Of a stretch of DNA of 64,000 nucleotides, positions 59,270 through 64,000 are shown piece after piece (positions within the stretch are counted from its first letter, which is position 1; every line of letters begins with the position of its first letter). A program made the position numbers and the translations under genes. The notes under the pieces are model-generated. The model had not been told where the DNA came from, did no database searches, and saw only the letters and a list, made by a program, of their open reading frames with translations. Location of the stretch: assembly GCA_012295275.1 (NCBI GenBank), contig CM022679.1, positions 26,040,001 to 26,104,000 on the forward strand. Reading direction: 5' to 3'. The stretch comes from Chrysomallon squamiferum (Eukaryota > Animalia > Mollusca).

Positions 59270-59995
59270 TGTCACGGACACCGTGTTACATTCTGGTAAC
59301 AAACACAAAGAAAACCTGTGATCAGGCGAGCATGCGGCGATTGACGGAATTGAGACATTACCGCTAATTGAGAAACAAGCTTTCTCTTTTCTGGATAGCT
59401 GGAATGCGTGTCTTTAGCAATCACGCCTCTTGTGTAGTGTGGTGTCCGTTTCACGCATTTACATCGCTCGCTCGTTCTCTCTCGCTCTCTCTCTCTCTAT
59501 CGCGCTCTCTCTCGCATTTAACATGAAGGTATCGCACTTAAGCAAAGGAAGTTTCCTCCATTCCGCAATTGGTTACGGCGTTCGTCTGAGCGCATGAAAA
59601 TTCATGGCCATTTTTCCAGGGACGGCGGAGCGATAAGCGAGTGAATTATTACCGTCTCTCGACAGAAGAACGAGCAGACGTGGGCCGCGCCTGCTTAACA
59701 TACATACGTACATACGTACCTATCTCCGCCCTCGCGCGCGCACGTCGCGGGAATTCTCGGATGTACATTTCAATCCTTGGCAGACCTCTCTCTCCGTTTT
59801 TGAAGAGGGTGTGTTTCTTGGAAGACAGTTTTTCGGTTTTGATTTGTTGTTGTTGTTGTTGTTGTTATATTTCTGGTGATTACTGTTTTCTTCTCTTAAA
59901 ATCAACATATAATTTAAAAAAAATAAAAAAAATAAAAAAAATAAAAAAAGTAAATATATTCGCTACGGACAAACGCTGGACACCGGTCACTAGAA
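59270..59995 (+). promoter_or_regulatory. Promoter and 5' UTR of the exon at 59996
   Basis: CpG island directly upstream of the ATG; (CTCG/CT)n tract at about 59466-59515; reverse CCAAT (ATTGG) at about 59568; GGAAGT ETS core; TTCACGCAT at 59450; no good acceptor immediately before the ATG. Confidence 0.6.
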
Positions 59996-60224
59996 ATGGA
60001 CATGCTGTATTTTGGAGACGGTGTAGCGTATTCTTACAGGCCTCCGTCCTACCAGCCCATCAACCCCCACTGCAAGTACGAGTTTCCGTCGTGTGCCTAC
60101 CAGGGGGTTGGTGCGGACGGAGGCGGGTATTTCCCGTCGTCCTTCAACCCTTACCACTTCCAAACTGGGATGACCCCTGGAGACTGTGGCAATTTATTTC
60201 AAAGAAGAAACGGCCGTATTAAAG
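59996..60224 (+). CDS. First coding exon, 76 aa MDMLYFGDGVAYSYRPPSYQ...NLFQRRNGRIK; Y/P/G-rich N-terminus of a transcription factor, candidate Pax6/paired-box gene
   Basis: GAAATGG Kozak context; GC-rich with C/G-ending codons against an AT-rich background; donor AAG|GTAAAC at 60224/60225 (phase 1), followed abruptly by AT-rich intron. Gene identity is inference only. Confidence 0.85.
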
Positions 60225-60779
60225 GTAAACGACTAAAATTTTATTATTATTATTATTTCTTTTTTAATTTAAATTAATTTTTACATTGATGTTTTTTTTT
60301 GTTTTGTTTTTTAAATCTTTTTAAAGCGAATTTATTGTTTTTATAAAATTAAAGCAGAATAAAACTAAGAGAAAAATTAATAAAACAGAATATTATAAAA
60401 AGGTAAAACTGTTAAGAGTAAAATAAATATATAGATATAGATATCTATATTTATTTTACGTATACATACATACATACATACATATATATAAATATAGATA
60501 TAGATAAAATAAATTATATTATATATATAATAATAATAAATACATACATACATACATACATACATATAAATCATAATAAAAGTTACATTAAAATAAAAAA
60601 AAAAAAATCAAGATAAATTAAAAAAAAAAAAATCAAATTATGACAATAAAAATATTTTCAAAAAAAGCGGACGAACGTAATAAAAACAAAAAAAGCTAAC
60701 GGGAAAACGACGAAGAAAAAACCATTGCCTATGTACGGGTGTCATTTTTATTAATTGTCGATTTCATCGTCTCTTTGAA

Positions 60780-61260
60780 TTATAAAAATCAGTTGTCAAT
60801 TTGCTGGGTGCATTCACGTTGCCTTGATTGTGGGTTTCGGATGTCGGTTGCATGTGTTCGATTCGCCCCGTCAGACGACAGCTCTTCATCTGTCATTCAC
60901 TGACAATGTCCCCATTCACTGTTTATTTCCTTCACTCGAAAAATTTTTCTTTTCACGAGCCCCAAAAATCCATAAAAACCTTACTACGACCACAAACGTC
61001 GCTTGTTTTACCCTGCGACAAGGTAAACCTCCATTTTCTTACTTGTTGGTTTGCTGAACCGCTCTGCTGATTCGCTGATAACATTGTTCGTCCATTTTGA
61101 CTTCATTAAGTCGGGCAAATTAACCGTTTTCGGCCGGTAGATGAAGCACTTACCGTTCGGCCACGCTTTGGTCAGCAATAATGGCCAGTGGACGACGAAC
61201 TTCCCCCCTCCCTCCCTCCCTCCTCACTTGCCTGTTTTTGCGTCTTAGGTCGAAGTTTGT
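60780..61260. promoter_or_regulatory. Intron-1 CpG-rich island, candidate enhancer, with a minus-strand G4 (61203-61220)
   Basis: Unique GC-richer sequence 0.55 kb after the donor; CCCCCCTCCCTCCCTCCC. Confidence 0.4.
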
Positions 61261-61651
61261 GGATGTAAATCATATATTTTTTTTTTTGGTAAATATTTTC
61301 AAACGACTATTCTGCCGTGTAATTTACATGCTTTGTTGAGTGTCAAATATCAATGTCACTGTGACTTGACGTATCTCCCGCTTGTTGATTTTATGTACTT
61401 TATCTGGTAAATTATATATTTCATTTTGCAGCTTTAACAATACATTTCTAAGAAAAAATAAATATATTCTCTAAAATAAATTGTAAAAATAAATGTTTCT
61501 TTCTGAAGGTTAAAGATAATGATGTTAATGATTATTATGATTATGATGATTGTGATGATGATGATGATAATAATAATAATAATAATAATAATAATATATA
61601 AAATAAAATTATTATTATTATTACTATTATTATTATTACTATTACTATTAC

Positions 61652-61720
<69 letters not shown>

Positions 61721-62950
61721 TATTATTAATATTATTTTGGCAAACATTACAAATAACTCGAACTACAAAATACATACATTTTATTCATTTTATATTTATA
61801 CTAACCCGCTGTATATATTCCAAATATTATATTACATACAATACATAGCATAAATATGAATTAATAATTATTATTAATATATAACTGTTAAAGCTAAATT
61901 ACAGCATTATAAACCTCTATCAAAAAATAATAGTCGACTTTTCTATGGATTTTATTGATTAATATTAATACGTAATAAAAATAAAGGGTAATTCACAATA
62001 TTATTTTAGACGCATCAAATATTATGCACGATCAGTCATATTGTGAAAATTAGTTCATTCATGGGTGATAAATTCTTAATACACTAGTTTGGTCATCTAA
62101 TATGTAATTTTCCCCATTATATTTAGTAATAATTGTATTAAATTTCTCTTGCAAATTATCGTAAAATCAAAAATTTCGTATCGAAACTTTTAATCATCTT
62201 TAAGTCCATTTAAATATAATTGAATCTAATAAATAATGAAAAGAAAATTTTGCTAAATTATTTACTGGTGAACAAAGTATGAAATATACTTTTGTATTAT
62301 TTTTTTATAAAATTTTCAATTTTGTAAATAAAAATACATTACTTTGAATTGCTGTATCTCTTGATCACTGTTCCGTATACAACATGACATTATATATTTA
62401 TATATAATTTATGTTGTATATATATAGTCATAATTTGACACATCTACTTATAATGCTAAATATAAACATGTCTGTCTGCCTATCTATCTGTCTCTGTGTA
62501 TGTTTGTGTGTTTGTGTCCGTGTGTATGTGTCTATATACAGTGTATATATATATATATAATATTCTAATGTATGTATGTATGTGTATGTATATATATATA
62601 TACAGTGTGTGTCTGTGTTTGGATGTGTGTAATGAGTGTATGTAATTCGCATACGTAATGTTTGTTTGTATTTATATTTACTGTATGAGTAAAACAGTCA
62701 TTCTCATACAAATCAGTCTAGTCACTTTACTAAAACTGATACCTATTAAACTTGCATGCAAAATTTTCCTCTTAATCTGCAGGGTCTCGCTACTGTTAAA
62801 CATGTAAATTAAATTTTATCGTTAAATTTAAAGTTTACATTTTACATATATTCTGCAGGATACCGTAGCATAAATGAATTTACCATTAATCATTTACATT
62901 CAAATTACGTTAGAAATCGTACATTACCTTTGGCTTTCAGACCTGAACAT

Positions 62951-63160
62951 CAGTTTTTACTATTGAATTTCTACGTTACATTTTAACGTTAAATTCCTAC
63001 TTTATATTTTGACGTCATATTTATACTTTACGTTTTGAAGTTAAATGTGTAATTTATGGTTTGACGTCATATATGTGCTTTAAAGTTTTGACGTTATATT
63101 GGTACTTTACATTTTACTGTTATACTTGTGTATTACATTTAGTTCTTAAACTTGTGCACT
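62951..63160. repeat. Degenerate 26-bp minisatellite, about 7-8 copies, two carrying TGACGTCA
   Basis: Units start at 62978, 63004, 63030, 63056, 63082, 63109 and 63135 (consensus about ACATTTTGACGTTATATTTGTACTTT). Confidence 0.75.
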
Positions 63161-63394
63161 AATTTTACAGCTGAAATTGAATACCATATTATATCCATTG
63201 AACACGTACACGCACAATTAAAATTAAATATTTGCATATTATATTCTTAACAATAAAGTAGCCTATTAAATTTTACCTTTAAATTCATATATTCGTATAA
63301 AAAATTGTCTTTAATTAGCATGACAGAAGAGTTTTTAAAATGTATAATAATAATAATAATTGTTATGTTTTTAAAATTATTTCGTTGTTCCTGC

Positions 63395-63466
<72 letters not shown>

Positions 63467-63559
63467 TAAGCAATTTCTTCATTCTTTTATTTTCTCACTT
63501 TATATTTTTCTTTGCTTCATTTTACAAAAGGAATTATTCCTTATTCCATTTTTAGTATT

Positions 63560-63807
63560 TTTCTTTTTTCGTTCTTTCTTTATTTCTTTTCTTTCTTTCT
63601 GTTCTTCCTTCACTTTCCTTGAATCTTTGTTTCTTTTTTCCTTCTTTCATCCGTATTCTTTTTTCTTTTTCCTTCCTTTTGCCTTTCCTTTTCTTCTTTT
63701 TTCCTTCTTTCTATCTTTTCTTTTCCTTCCTTCCACCCTTCCTTCTTTCTTTCTTTTTTCCTTCCTTCTTTTTCATTCTTTCTGTTTTCCTTCTATCCTT
63801 CCATCCT

Positions 63808-63839
<32 letters not shown>

Positions 63840-63880
63840 AACTCTTCCTTTTAAAACTTTTCTCTTTCGCCTTCTTCTAA
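63560..63880. repeat. Low-complexity (CTTT/CCTT)n polypyrimidine region
   Basis: Directly visible; source of the F/S/L-rich ORFs. Confidence 0.9.
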
Positions 63881-64000
63881 TATACACGTCAGCAAAATGG
63901 TGTCTAATTTTAACCCTATTATTACGCAAGCTGGTATCCACGTGATTCCCAACCAGCCAGATACACTGACGCTAAATTATACAACAAAGCGTGATGAATA

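Noticed and set aside
60810-60826. GCATTCACGTTGCCTTG resembles the complement of miR-124
   Set aside because: Only a 6-mer seed with a 2-nt shorter centre, intronic, and no precursor hairpin on the minus strand
61148-61156. Minus-strand consensus donor ACG|GTAAGT suggesting an antisense lncRNA exon
   Set aside because: A single 9-mer with no identifiable partner exon; cannot be supported without RNA data

Overview
Eukaryotic (animal) genomic DNA. It is very AT-rich and saturated with microsatellites ((CT/GA)n, (TA)n, (CA)n, (AAT)n, (TATT)n, poly-A/T), interrupted by short CpG-rich unique islands. The texture resembles a mollusc, possibly a coleoid cephalopod (inference). Almost all ORFs in the six-frame track are microsatellite artefacts. 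Two convincing + strand coding exons are present: 13586/13610-13757 (MADFSPKIQV...ASGDGK) and 59996-60224 (MDMLYFGDGV...RRNGRIK). Both have an ATG in good context and both end K+G at a phase-1 AAG|GTAA donor. They look like alternative N-terminal exons of one large developmental transcription-factor gene whose shared body lies beyond the window. A Pax gene, most likely Pax6 (K-G|HSGVNQLGG junction), is my best unverified guess; no paired box is in the window. The rest looks like a transposon-poor cis-regulatory landscape. It holds paired-domain consensus sites, a perfect Sox-POU composite, DR5/DR1 nuclear-receptor elements, E-box, YY1/Pho, GC-box and COE motifs, a candidate recursive splice site, one MITE-like inverted-repeat element, a tRNA-derived SINE head and several minisatellites. 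I saw no prokaryotic system, CRISPR array, rRNA or intact tRNA.
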